64,000 bases of DNA, taken from Heterodontus francisci (Eukaryota). Position 1 is the first letter of the stretch. Every line of letters begins with the position of its first letter. The translations under genes and the position numbers were made by a program. Under the pieces are notes generated by a model, which worked only from the letters and a program-made list of their open reading frames with translations, searched no databases and had not been told where the DNA came from. Shown here piece by piece: positions 39,115-51,229 of the stretch. The stretch spans positions 12,242,550 through 12,306,549 of the forward strand of contig NC_090404.1 in NCBI RefSeq assembly GCF_036365525.1. Reading direction: 5' to 3'.

Positions 39115-40181
39115 CGCACTGAGAGTTCTAGTTACCGCTCAGCAGAGAGCGCTCTCACACCAATAAACAGAAGCAATAACTCAGCTTCCACAGTGAGAGT
39201 CATAGGCACCTTCCTAAAAGATCAAAACTGTGCTGGATCTGTCTGTCCGATTGGATTCTGCAATTAATTTTCTCGGCCAGTCCTGGAATCAGTTGGGTGA
39301 CAGTTGAGTCGAGGTTAATTTTGTTTCCTCTCGGTGTGTACTTGAGCACCTGATGCCTCAAATTGCTGAAGCACATTGTTACATAAATATGTCGCTTTCT
39401 TCTTGTTCTTATTATTACCATTAGAATATATTTTAATGCAGTTGAATATATACACAGAATTAATACCAACTTCAGTTTAAATCTTGGTGATTCCTTTTCT
39501 TTATTTTTAATATCCCAGACGTACTGGTTAAATTATGCTCGTTTTATGAAAGCACAGAGATCCAGATTAGATGCTGATTCGTAAATACCCGCACATACAA
39601 AGGATGCAGCCATGACCCCTTATTCACACTTATACTATATGCTGTGGTATTTTAATATAATTGCTTCCATCATTTTAAACTTGTTCATGAATTTTTGTTC
39701 TTATATTTGCATTATTATAGCTGCTCCCATCAATGCAGCCTTCAGGAATTCGTTGAAAGGGGGCACTGGGGAAATTGGATTTTCTCCATCCTGCATTGTC
39801 AAGGAATACGGTAGAAAGAGACAGCGACAGATAAAGCGATAGAGAGGCTCAGAGATTATGGGAGGGAAGACAGAGGTACGGAGAGTCTGAACGACAGACT
39901 GAGATAGACAGACATTAAGACAGAGAGAGAGGCAGACACGGGAAAGACAGAAGGAAAAAGAGAAACAGTCATAGGAAGCAATTGGGCTGGAACTTGCGCT
40001 GATTGGACACCAACTGTCGTCAGTTCCGAGAGACCAGCCAATCCTGTCCCTGGCAAAAGCCCCTGAGTTTATCAATAAGAGAAGTCTGTACCTGATCTGA
40101 ATTCACTATTTAATATCAGACTCTAACTATCAACGTATTTAAAATATTCTGCTATCTCTGTGGAACTCTATGCCAACCACC

Positions 40182-40616
40182 ATGTCCTTCCCATGTTACT
40201 TACTGATAATATTAGTCGTGCTGCTCGGTGAGTCCATGTTTAAATGATCAGTGTCTGCTCCATGGGTTATATTGACTCTCACACATTTGACATATTCTGT
40301 ATTTTGTTGCAGGAACCAATGGAGAAGATTTAGTATCCCAGGAGCCGGCTGAATTAACGGTTCTGGAAGGACAGACCATAATACTGAACTGTGGTTACTC
40401 GACAGCTGGTGCTCCAACTTTGTTCTGGTACATCCAGTATCCCGGGCAAGCTCTGAGATATTTATTGAAAAAATACGGCTCTGGGGATGGAGATAAATCT
40501 CCAGATTTTCGAGACAGGTTTTCTGCTGTCTTACACAAAGGAAACAACACGGTTCCTTTAAATATCGCCGGGGTTCTTCTCTCCGATACGGCGCTGTATT
40601 TCTGTGCCATGAAGCC
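40182..40616 (+). CDS. TRAV: TCR alpha/delta V segment, apparently intact (leader 40182-40227; V exon 40313-40616)
   Basis: MSFPCYLLIILVVLL|GTNGEDLVSQEPAELTVLEGQTIILNCGYSTAGAPTLFWYIQYPGQALRYLL...RFSAVLHKGNNTVPLNIAGVLLSDTALYFCAMKP; FWYIQYPG/TVPL/CAxxP pattern of fish TCR alpha V. Confidence 0.9.
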
Positions 40617-40656
40617 CACACTGCTGCAGATAGATAGCAGTTCCCGTACAAAAACC
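40617..40656 (+). other. V RSS with 24-nt spacer
   Basis: CACACTG-24-ACAAAAACC. Confidence 0.85.
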
Positions 40657-41379
40657 CACACTGAGATTTCCAGACAGTGCCACTAGAGGGCTCCGTCGTA
40701 ACGATAAACAGAAGCAATAATTCAGTTCCACAGTGATAAACGCAGGGACCTTCCTAGAAGATCATAACAAAACAGAACATTCAACAAGACCAGGTGAGGA
40801 CCGCTTGGAAATTATAATAGTTGATTTCATCGATACTAAAATGAACGTCGCAAATTTATTTGTGTTGTGTTAGCTCACATTTTGTCTTTTGATGTTCGTT
40901 CCTCACCGGTCTGAGTTATTCGGCAGCCCTTTCCCCATCTCCGTTTCCCGTTTCTCAGATCCGTTGATCACAGCCGGTACACAGAATCTATTTTATCAGA
41001 GTATGATACTAGTTTGCAGGCAGTTTGTACTAACTTGAGAAATGTCGCAAGATAGTGATTGTACTCTTTAGAACAGAGTTCATTGTCCTTGTGAAAGATT
41101 TTTTTAATGTTTCAATATTTTCTGTTACTATTCTGCCTTACAATCACCAGACTAGGGTTTCAATCCCACCCGCTCTCTAAATCTTCAATCATTCCCGCTA
41201 TAAGGAAAGTGACTACAATCCAGCTCGGGGTGTTTCCATTCACTGGCAGCCAGCTCACCACTTGGGACACTTTGGAAGTGAGCTGAGAGCATCCAGAGCC
41301 GCATCAGATTATTGACAGTGGGGATTAGAACAGGTGTCTTCAAATATCGAATTCCTCTCTTACAGAGCGGACAGCGACA

Positions 41380-41888
41380 ATGCAGCTACTCAGCATCTGG
41401 GTTGTGTGGGGGGCATTTCTGACAGGTAATTGTGGACTGAACACATTTTATCTTATCTCTCATTTCCAAAATATGGTTTAAATTTGGTTTCTAAACAGTC
41501 GTCTGTCTGAGCTTTTCCAGTTTAAACTTCTGTGTTTGTTGCAGAAACGAATGGTGCAGGCTCAGTGATCCAGGATCAGTCTGACTTAACGGTTCTGGAA
41601 GATCAGAGCATAATACTGAACTGCTGTTACTCGGCAACCTTCACTACCCCAAATCTGTTCTGGTACATCCAGTATCCGGGGAAGCGCCGAGATATTTACT
41701 GAGGAAATACAGCACTGGGCAGGGAGATAAATCTCCAGATTTCCAAACAGGTTCTCTGCTGATTTGGACAAAGACACGAAAACGGTTCCTTTGAAAGTGG
41801 CCAAAGTTCCTGTCTCTGACTCTGTCGTGTATCACTGTGCGCTGCACCCTACACTGTTACAGGAGCGCAGTCAATTCGCACAAAAATC
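41380..41888 (+). pseudogene. TCR alpha-type V pseudogene (same family as 40182)
   Basis: Leader MQLLSIWVVWGAFLT 41380-41425; exon from 41545 ...LNCCYSATFTTPNLFWYIQYPG then frameshifts; ...TVPLKV...SDSVVYHCALHP; RSS TACACTG-23-ACAAAAATC. Confidence 0.9.
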
Positions 41889-42427
41889 AGCAAAGGCCTC
41901 TCACCTCCGCTCACTAAATCAGCTCTGGAACCCGAATTGTTGACAGATAATAGAACAGGAACCAAACAGAAGAATAGTTGGTCGAATTTCTATGTTGGAG
42001 ACTCTGTCATTCTGTGTAATATCCCTCTGAATATCGGCTGTGCGTGGTGCCCATGCTCAGTGAGCAGCTCTTTTAATTAAAAACAACATTAACCATTTTC
42101 CCTCACTGCTCCACCTCACAGACTGATCTGTTAAAGCCAACATTGGGTTTAATCCTCATCCAGTTCCCTATTGTCAGGATAACAATTTATCTCACTTCCT
42201 GTTCCCCGCTCTGACGTAATGAATTGGCGAACAAAGGATCTGTGAGCTGATTGGATGAATTGGAGAACAAAAGACCGTGATCTGATTGGGCGTCAACTAT
42301 TGACTCTTTCAGGAATGAACCAATTAGTAGAGAGACCGGATGTTAATGAACATCTTCCCAACTCTTGACTCAAACAATTACAGATTCAACCCGTTCTGTT
42401 CAAATCCGCCATCAGCTCTCTGCAAAT

Positions 42428-42931
42428 ATGTAGGTTGTTACTCAGTATTACTTCCTCACAGCTGTAGCTGTCTTAATTGGTAAAGTTTACAAGTTACACA
42501 ATCTTCCTCTTACAGGCATCATTTACATTATTTTAGTTGCACTTTCTCTCTATTTACAATGTGTCCCATCACCTGCTTATATTAGTTATGATAAAGTGAT
42601 AATAAAAGCTTAAATTACTGTACTTCTAAATTTCTACTGGTGTTTGTGGTGCAGACTCGGTCTCATAGGGGCCGGTTCCAGAGATGCAGTTTGAAGGAGA
42701 CTCGGTGATAAGTAATTACAGCTATTTGACCCACGTTCCTCATCTACGTCCCTAAATAGAAGATGTTTTCAGAGCAGAGGGCGTGGGTCATCGTTTTTCT
42801 GCATCTCTCGACACTTCGAAAAGTGAGGGGAATTTCACCATCCACGACCTCTGGCTGTCTGACAATGCGATGTATTACTGCGGGCTGAGAGACACAGCGG
42901 CAGGAACCAGAGGGAGCCGCGAACAAAAACA
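42428..42931 (+). pseudogene. TCR alpha/delta-type V pseudogene with internal deletion
   Basis: Leader ATG TAG...42479; ADSVS*GPVPEMQFEGDSV; HRFSASLDTSKSEGNFTIHDLWLSDNAMYYCGLR; RSS CACAGCG-23-ACAAAAACA at 42893-42931. Confidence 0.88.
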
Positions 42932-43769
42932 CAGCCCCAATGTGACAATGTGAACGGAGCAACGGGCAGAGTGGTGTAAAATGCGGAGAGTTTGAGTAAA
43001 CGCAACCAAATCAACAGCTATCCAACTAACAGTGGATCACATGAATAATGTTTTTTATTAATATAATTATCTCGAAGATAATTTCGTAATAAGATGTATG
43101 ATTGGACTATTCTTCCAATCTCGTTTCATTTCATGGGCACCTTAAATTTCAACCTTAGTGAAACAAATGTAAAACTAGTTCCCATTCTGTGTCAGAATCT
43201 CAATCAGACCTGGCGCTCCAGCTGGCTGGAAATGAACTGAAAGTTGGGGTTACATTCAGTAAGTACTTAATAGACCATATAGGAAAAACCTCCAGAACAA
43301 TAAAGTCTCCTCTGAACTATGACGCCGTGAGACTCAAATCCTAAACAATTGTGGAAGCCCGGGATGATGACTGTACCAGTTGAGAATATTTACTGAGAAG
43401 TGATATAATGATGAGGAGCGGTTCGAGACGGTCCCGCATGATGCCCCCTGAGTCTGTCACTCCGTAGTGCGGGAGCTCTGTCCAAGCAGATCCCCACACC
43501 ATTGCAGTACTGATGCAGCCAATACCAAACAGGGAACAGCAGCAGCAATCTCTGCAGTAACACAAGGCAGGCAAGGTGGGTCAGAGCGAGAACAGCAAAC
43601 GGAGGCTGTGGGCAGGGACACCGGAGAAACAAATGGAGTGAATTGAAAACTCTGTGTAAGGGCAGATAGTGCGCAGCGCCGCTCAGCTGCACTGGGAGCT
43701 GATGGAGCGGAAATGTCTCTGGATAAACTGCTACTGCTCAATGATCAAGTGACTGGCAACAAATAGAGT

Positions 43770-43885
43770 GGGAGTGAAAAGAGATTGTGCGGGAAGGGGA
43801 AACGGTGACGCCGAATTATAGTTACAGCAACAGATATTGTCGCTTATCCATTCTGGTGCCGGCAGGTTCCCCATCGGGCTCGGGG
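43770..43885 (+). pseudogene. 5' fragment of a TCR V exon (FR1-FR2)
   Basis: VREGETVTPNYSYS then, after a frameshift, AYPFWCRQVPHRA; no FR3 or RSS. Confidence 0.6.
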
Positions 43886-44154
43886 CAATGTGTTTCTTAT
43901 CACCAAATAAGGCACGTTCTTAACCGACTTGTGTGCCAACAGCGGAAGGCTGATGAAAGCCCACCCCGCAACCCCACACCCTCGGTAACCACTCTCCCCC
44001 CTCCCCACCCCTCATCCACCAGCTCTGTCTGGTTAGTGATCCTGAGTGAAATAAACTGAGCATCTTCATTTACATTCCACAGTTGTCCTTGTTTCTTTGA
44101 GACGACTTCCCTCAGGCCAAGTTAAAAGAAAACTGTTGCACAGTTTGTTTAGTG

Positions 44155-44300
44155 GTCAAACTGTCTTTCAGATCAAATAGAGATCAAACTGTGTCTCAGG
44201 ATAATTAGCGATCAAAATGTCTCTCAGGCCAATTAGAGATCAAACTGTCTCTCAGGTCAATTAGAGATCAAACTGTCTCTAAGATCACTAGGAGATCCAA
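44155..44300 (+). repeat. ~27-bp tandem repeat (gatcaaactgtctctcaggtcaattaga), about 5 copies
   Basis: Visible repeated units. Confidence 0.85.
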
Positions 44301-44382
44301 ATGACTATTTTTATTGGTCTTTCTCCCTGATGAGCAGAATGCGATGTTAATATCTCAATTCTCTGAAACGAAAACACATACT

Positions 44383-44465
44383 TGTGGTTAAGAAAGTGAC
44401 ATCAGACCAGTCAGAGCCAATCCTCTCAGCTTTTTCTATTTGATGCTCTGCAGGAAGTGACATCA
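44383..44465 (+). promoter_or_regulatory. TCR V promoter: RUNX TGTGGTT (44383), two CRE-like decamers AGTGACATCA (44395, 44456), ETS CAGGAAGT (44451)
   Basis: Motif cluster 80-165 bp upstream of the leader ATG at 44548. Confidence 0.7.
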
Positions 44466-44547
44466 TACCAATATCAGGTCTTTCCTGTTCGATGTTCTGC
44501 AGGTTCATGAGACAGAAAAAAATCCTTCGAATTCCGGAGCAGCAGCA

Positions 44548-45677
44548 ATGCGGCTCCCTGTTCTCGCCGTGCTCTGGGTGACATTCATTGTCAGTAAGAT
44601 ATTTAAACTTTTTAAAAAAGGATCAATTTCCAGAGGAATGAATTTGAAGAATTGCGAGTTCGTGTTAAACTTGTATCTAACTTGGCTAGGCTACAATTGG
44701 GCTATTGTGAGCAGTTCTGGTCTCCATATTACAACAAGGATATAGGGACACAGGAGAAAGTACAAGAACGATTTGCAAAAATGATACCAGAATTGAGAGA
44801 TAATTTAGCAGAAGCCATTGTACAGGCTGTTTCTCTTTTCTGTAATAAAGAGAAAGCTGAAGGGTAGCCTGATAGATATCTTTAAAATTGTAAATGATTT
44901 CGATGAGGTAGACGTAGAGAAAATGTTTCCACTTGTGGAGAACTCCATATCTATGCGCCATAAATATAACAGTCACCAAAAGATCCAGAAAGTAATTCAG
45001 GAGAAACGGCTTTACCCAGAGAATGGTGAGAATCTGGAACACGCTACCACAAGGAGGGGTTGAGGTGAATACCATAGATGCATTTAAGGCAAAGTTGGAT
45101 AAACAGATGAGGAAGAAAGGGATGGAAGGATATGATGATAGAGTGAGATGAAGAGGGGTGGAGGATGCTCGTGGGGAGTGTGAACCCTGGCATGGACCAC
45201 TTGGGCCGAATGACCTTTTCCTTTTCAAAATTCTGTCTACATTTATGAAACATAGACTGCACATTTTCACCGTCAGTTCGGTTCAGTTGAAGTCTTAATC
45301 GATGATTTCTGCTTCCTTTAACCGGATGTTCCAGATCTGAGTGATGGAGATTCTGTTACTTAGCCGGAGTCTTCGCTCACACTTACAGAGGGAGAAGATG
45401 CCACTTTAACCTGCACCTATCCCGACAGTGGTTATTACTTATTCTGGTACCGCCAATGCCCAGGCAGACAACCCGAGTTTGCAGTCCGGAGGCACACAAG
45501 CGGCGGTGCTGAATTTAAGGCGGATTTCGCTCAGAACTGGTTTTATGATGCAATCCAGAAGTCAGACAAGTTGTTCCGATTGACCATCTCGGAGCTGCGG
45601 CTGTCTGACACCACGGTCTATTACTGTGCACTAAGTCTCACAGTGATGCGAACGAGCGAAAACCTTGTACAATAACT
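44548..45677 (+). pseudogene. TCR delta/alpha-type V with a single nonsense codon (leader 44548-44593; V exon 45335-45638)
   Basis: MRLPVLAVLWVTFIV|NLSDGDSVT*PESSLTLTEGEDATLTCTY...LFWYRQCPGRQPEF...LTISELRLSDTTVYYCALS; RSS CACAGTG-23-ACAATAACT; CR1 fragment ~44615-45240 in the intron. Confidence 0.92.
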
Positions 45678-46869
45678 GCCGCAGGTTTCTGCGTCACAGC
45701 TGCTGTCTGCTCAGGGCTGTTTAGAACAGCGGATCACACACTGACAAGCGAATACATTCCTGTGTGGGCAGGCCCCGAGCACAATCCACGCAAAAACCAT
45801 CTAAAATTGTTCATATCAAATACTGATTCTGTCTGATTATCGCATTAACTGTGTGAGGGCAGAATTTCTGCTGTTTATTTGTGTATCTCTGGGAACTCGA
45901 CACTCACATTGCGAATAAAAACTCCAGCAAATGGCCCAGAACTAGTTATATCCGTGCACCGCTACTTCCAATGTAACTGGATGCAAATGAACAAATAATG
46001 TTTGATTTAAAATATCAGTCTGCAGTCCAGACAGAGACGCGCCTATGGGAGAGATCCTAATAACTAAAGTAACTTATTTAAACATTTCTCAATGTTAAAG
46101 AAGTTTATACATATTAAAATTAGGAATCTTTGATATAAACAGATTCTAAGAGGTCGTTTTCAGGACAGGATTGGAAGCTGATGAACAATGATTAATGGAC
46201 TAATAATCTGTAAGCACCGGTGTGGTGTGTTCCAGGCACCAGTACAGATGGGCAGAAGACAGAGTGAATCAAAAATGCAAAAGGAACAAGTATTAAAAAG
46301 GCTGCGATAGTGATGTTGAAAGGACTTGTACAAAGACAAGCAAACAGCGCGCAGACTCACTAAATACATTGATATAATTTGATTAACGTGTTTAGTAATA
46401 ATTAACAATAAAGTGAATAAATTGAAATGTTATCAGGTTAGCAGGATGTGACTAAAACTATAACATATACAACACATAAAAGCTCAAAAATGTGAAAGAT
46501 AATGGGGTTGTGTCAGTGCAAGAACAAGAGATCAACTCGGCTCCCAATGGGAACGGGTAATGTCACTTCTGCTGCATCTATTGTCTTAGCAGGTATGATT
46601 CTGAACAACCTGACTGTTAACTGTGCGTTGTTTTGTACTAATTGTTTAATTATCACAACAGTTTTGGTGTTGTCCCCTTCTCAATGTCTTACAAAATGAA
46701 CTCCGAAATGTATTTTCTCCGATTGAAGGGAAAATTACCGGGGAGACATTCTACTTTATTCCACCAGATGGGAGCAAACGCGCAATAATCATCCAACAGC
46801 ATCTACAATAAAAGCAAAATAGTGCAGATGCTGGAAATCAGAAATAAAAACAGAAAATGCTGGAATTTC

Positions 46870-48150
46870 TTTTATTCATTCATGGGATGTGGGCGTCACT
46901 GGTTATGCCAGCATTTATTGCCCATCCCAAATTGGGCGTGAGAAGGTGGTGGTGAGCTGCCTTCTTGAACCGCTTCAGTCCATGTGAGGTAGGTACACCC
47001 ACAGTGCTGTTAAGAAGGGAGTTCCAGGATTTTGACCCAGCGACAGTGAAAGAATGGCGATATAGTTCCAAGTCAGGATGGTGTGTGACTTGGACGGGAA
47101 CCTGCAGGTGGTGATGTTCCCATGCATCTGCTGCCCTTGTCCTTCGAGGTGGTAGAGGTCGCGGGTTTGGAAGGTGCTGTCTAAGAAGCCTTGGTGCGTT
47201 TCTGCAGTGCATCTTGCAGATGGTACACACTGCTGCCACTGTGCGTCGGTGGTGGAGGGAATGAATCTTTGTGGATGGTGTGCCAATCAAGCGGGCTGCT
47301 TTGTTCTGGATGGTGTCGAGCTTCTTGAGTGTTGTAGGAGCTGCATTCATCCAGGCAAGTGGAGAGTATTCAATCACACTCCTGACTTGTGCCTTGTAGA
47401 TGGTGAATAGGCTTTGGGGAATCAAGAGGTGAGTTACTCGCCACAGGATTCCTAGCCTCTTGTAGCCACGGTATTTACATAGCTACTCCAGTTCAGTTTC
47501 TGGTCAATGATAGCCCCTAGGAAGTTGATAGTGGGCTATGCAGCGATGGTAAAGCCATTGAATGTCAAGGGGAGATGGTTAGATTTCCCCTTCTTGGAGA
47601 TTGTCATTGCCTGGCACTTGTGTGGCGCAAATGTTATTTGCCACTTATCAGCCCAGCCCTGGATATTGTCCAGGTCTTGCTGCATTTCTACACGGACTGC
47701 TTCAGTATTTGAGGAGTCGTGAATGGTGCTGAACATTGTGCAATCATCAGTGAACATCCCCACTTCTGACCTTATGATTGAAGGAAGGTCATTGATGAAG
47801 CAGCTGAAGATGGTTGGGCCTAGGACACTACCGTGAGGAACTCCTGCAGTGAGGTCCTGGAGCTCACATGATTGACCTCCAACAATCACAGCCATCTTCC
47901 TTTGCGCTTGTTATGACTCCAACCAGCAGAGAGTTTTCTCCCTGATTCCCATTGACTCCAGTTTTGCTAGAGCTCCTTGATGCCATACTCAGTCAAATGC
48001 TGCCTTGATGTCAAGGGCAATCACTCTCACCTCACCTCTTGAGTTCAGCTCTTTTTGTCTGTGTTTGAACCAAGGCTGTAATGAGGATAGGAGCTGAGTG
48101 GCCCTGGCGGATCCCAAACTGAGCGTCACTGAGCACGTTATTGCTAAGCA
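46870..48150 (-). mobile_element. CR1/L2-group LINE 3' part (RT to tail)
   Basis: ORFs 47536-47895 (GVPHGSVLGPTIF..MFTDD) and 46880-47425. Confidence 0.9.
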
Positions 48151-48459
48151 AATACTAATGAAAGGTTAAACTGATACGTTAACTCCGCTTCTCTCTCCAC
48201 AGATGCTGCCTGACTTGCTGAGAATTTCCAGCATTTTCTGTTTTTATTAACCCAACAGCAACTGTCTGGAAAAGATGATCTCCACCAGTATTTAACAGGT
48301 AACTCACTGTGTCGCCAATTAACTGCTCAGCCAAGGTTACTGGAGATAGCTTTCACTCACTGGCAGCGGATTCTCCAGCCTGTCTCTGTCACACTCGATG
48401 GCCCGTAGATTAAAAAAAGACATAGTCTGGTCACTTCTACAAATTCTAACATCTATTCA

Positions 48460-49990
48460 GTCATGGAATCACAGAGTTATCACAGTACTAAAGGAGGCCT
48501 TTTGGCCTGTCGTGTCTGTGCTGGCTCTCCGAAAGAGCAATTTAGTAGTGCCATTGCCTTGCTTTCTCCCCGTAGACCTGCACACTCTTCCTTTTCAGAC
48601 AATAATCCAATTCCCTCTTGAATGCCTCGATTAAATCTACCTCCACCACACTGTCAGACAGTGCATTACAGATCCTAACCACTCGCTGCGTGCTAACTTT
48701 TTTTTTCATGCCACCATTACTTCTTTTATCTTAAATCTGTGCGGTCTTGTTGTTGATCTTTGCAGCAATGGGACCAGTTTTTCCCAACCTACTCTGTCCA
48801 TACTCCTCATGATTTTCAACACCTCTATCAAGTCTCCTCTCAACCATGTATTCTCCAAACAACACCATTCCAAATTCTGCAATCTTTCCACGTAACCGAA
48901 GTTCCTCATCTTTGGAACCATTCTGAAGAATCATATCTGCACTCTCTCCAATGCCTTCACATCTTTCCCAAATCTTGGCGCCCAGAACAGGACACAATAC
49001 TCCAGTTGAGTCTGAACCTGTGTTCTAGACAAGTGTTAACATAAATTCATGGCTTTTGTACTGTATGCCCATGTTAATAAAGCCTCGAATACTGTATGCT
49101 CCATTAGCCGCTCTCTCAACCTGTCCTGCCTCATTCAATGATTAATGCACATATATACCCAGATCCCTATGCTCTTGCACCCCCTTTAGAATTGCATTTT
49201 TACTTTCTATTGTCTCTCCGCGTTTTTCCTACCAAAATGAATCACTTTACACTTTTTGCATTAAATTTAATCTGCCACTTGTCCAGCTATTTCACCAACT
49301 TGTCTATGTCCTTTTGGAATTATACACTATCCTCCTCACAGTTTACAATGTCACTCAGTTTTGTATAAGCCGCAAATTTTGGAAGTGTGCCCTGCACATT
49401 AAGGGCTATCTATGTCATTAAAATATATCAGAACAGCATGTGTGCTAACCCTGACCCTTGTGGAACTCCAGTACAAATCTTCCTTCAGTACAAAAAGCAT
49501 ACATTAACCACTGTTCTCTGTTTCCTGTCACTCATCCAATTTCGTATCCATGTTGTTTCTGTCCCTTTTATTCCATCAGCTATAAACTTGCTCATAAGAC
49601 TGTTGTGCAGCACCTTCTCACGTTTTTCGGATGTCCAACTACACCACATCAACAGCATTGCCCTGATCAACTTTCTCTGTTAGCTCATTAAAAAAAAACT
49701 TCAGCAAGTTGGTTAAACACGATTTGCGCTTCACATATCCATGATGGCTTCCCGTAATTAACCCGCATTAGCCCAAGTGGCCATTACTTTTGGCCTTAAT
49801 TATCGTTTCTAGAAGCTTCCCGACCACCGGGGTTAAACTGACTGGTCTGTAGTTGCTGAAGTTAGCTTTGCAGCCTATTTTGGGAAAGCATGTAACATTT
49901 CAAATTATTCAGTCCTCTAGCACCAAACCTGAATCTGAGGAAGACTGGAAAGTTATGGCCAATGCCTCCGCAATTTCCAATCTCACTTCC
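48460..49990 (-). mobile_element. Decayed CR1-type LINE ORF2
   Basis: WIRNWMSDRKQRTVV and LRGDLIEVLKIM fragments. Confidence 0.8.
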
Positions 49991-50089
49991 CCGTCAATGC
50001 CGTCACAATCAGGTTTCAGATGATCTGGTGAGAATTGTGAAATCTATTGTCACCATAATAAGTATCTTTGGCCTAGTTATATTTGACCC

Positions 50090-50465
50090 TTGGGTCGGCC
50101 TCAGTTATTAATCTAATCGACGCTATCTCTTTTTATTTTACAGTGGACTGTGCGTCAATTATTGCAGAACTAGTCAATGTCTCTGTTTATATTACACTAA
50201 GCCCTTTCTCAGTTAAATTGCACTGGATTGTGCCCCTGTTTATATCACACTAGACCCTCTCTCTGGTTATATTACACTAGACTCTGTCTCTGTTTATATT
50301 ACACTAGACCCCATCTCTGTTTATATTACACTGGACCATGTCTCAGTTTATATTACACTAGACCCAGTCTCTGCTTATATTGCACTGGACCATGTAACTG
50401 TTTATATCATGCTAGACCCTTTCTCTTTACAACACATTAGATCCTATCCCAGTTATTACTTCTCC
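50090..50465 (-). repeat. ~27-bp satellite block, reverse orientation
   Basis: tctctgtttatattacactagacc units. Confidence 0.85.
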
Positions 50466-51229
50466 AGTTCAAACCTCTCTTTATAATCCTTCATCCTGCA
50501 TTCGATTTTAAATACCTGTGCAGTGAATCAGGAAGTTTAAAAATACAAACATTTATCAACCCGACTTCAGGTCAGTGACTCTGCTGTCCCCTAACATAGC
50601 AGAGGCTTGTCACTCAAGCCCCAACTGTGCCCAGTCCAGAACCCCTCACCTATCAAGTAACAGCTTTCTGCGTCACAGGCCCCGCCGTCAGGTGCAGAAG
50701 AGTCTGCCTGCATCCTGGGTGGCGCTGGTGGTGGTATTGATGGGGCGGGTGGTGGATGCTGCCCTGCGCCAGTCTCCTGAATGGCTTATTCCTGGCCTCT
50801 GTAAAGCCTCTGCGACTGGGAACTGAGTCTAAGGACTACTATATGGGGATCATCTTTTCCCCATTGCGTTCAGGCACTGAGCTGATCCACCGAGGGAATC
50901 CGCATTACCCTGCATAGGGTCATTAATCAGATCTTCCTCTCATTCCATCTTGCATTATCCTATTTCAAAAGAATAATTGTTTTATTTTGTTCTTTGTTTT
51001 TTTGTCACCTGTCTGTTTTTTCAACATCCATTTCAAATGATGTTTCCTATTTGTTTATGGCAATGCGGGTATCTGGGGATTATGAAGGGAATTGGGGAGA
51101 TGGAGAGAAAGGGACAAAAATAAAAATCAGAAGGATAATCAGAAGGGATAAACAAAGGTTAAGAACTCTAGGCAGGGATCAGAATAATAACCAACGAATT
51201 AAGCTTATGAAATAGTACCACGAAAGGAA

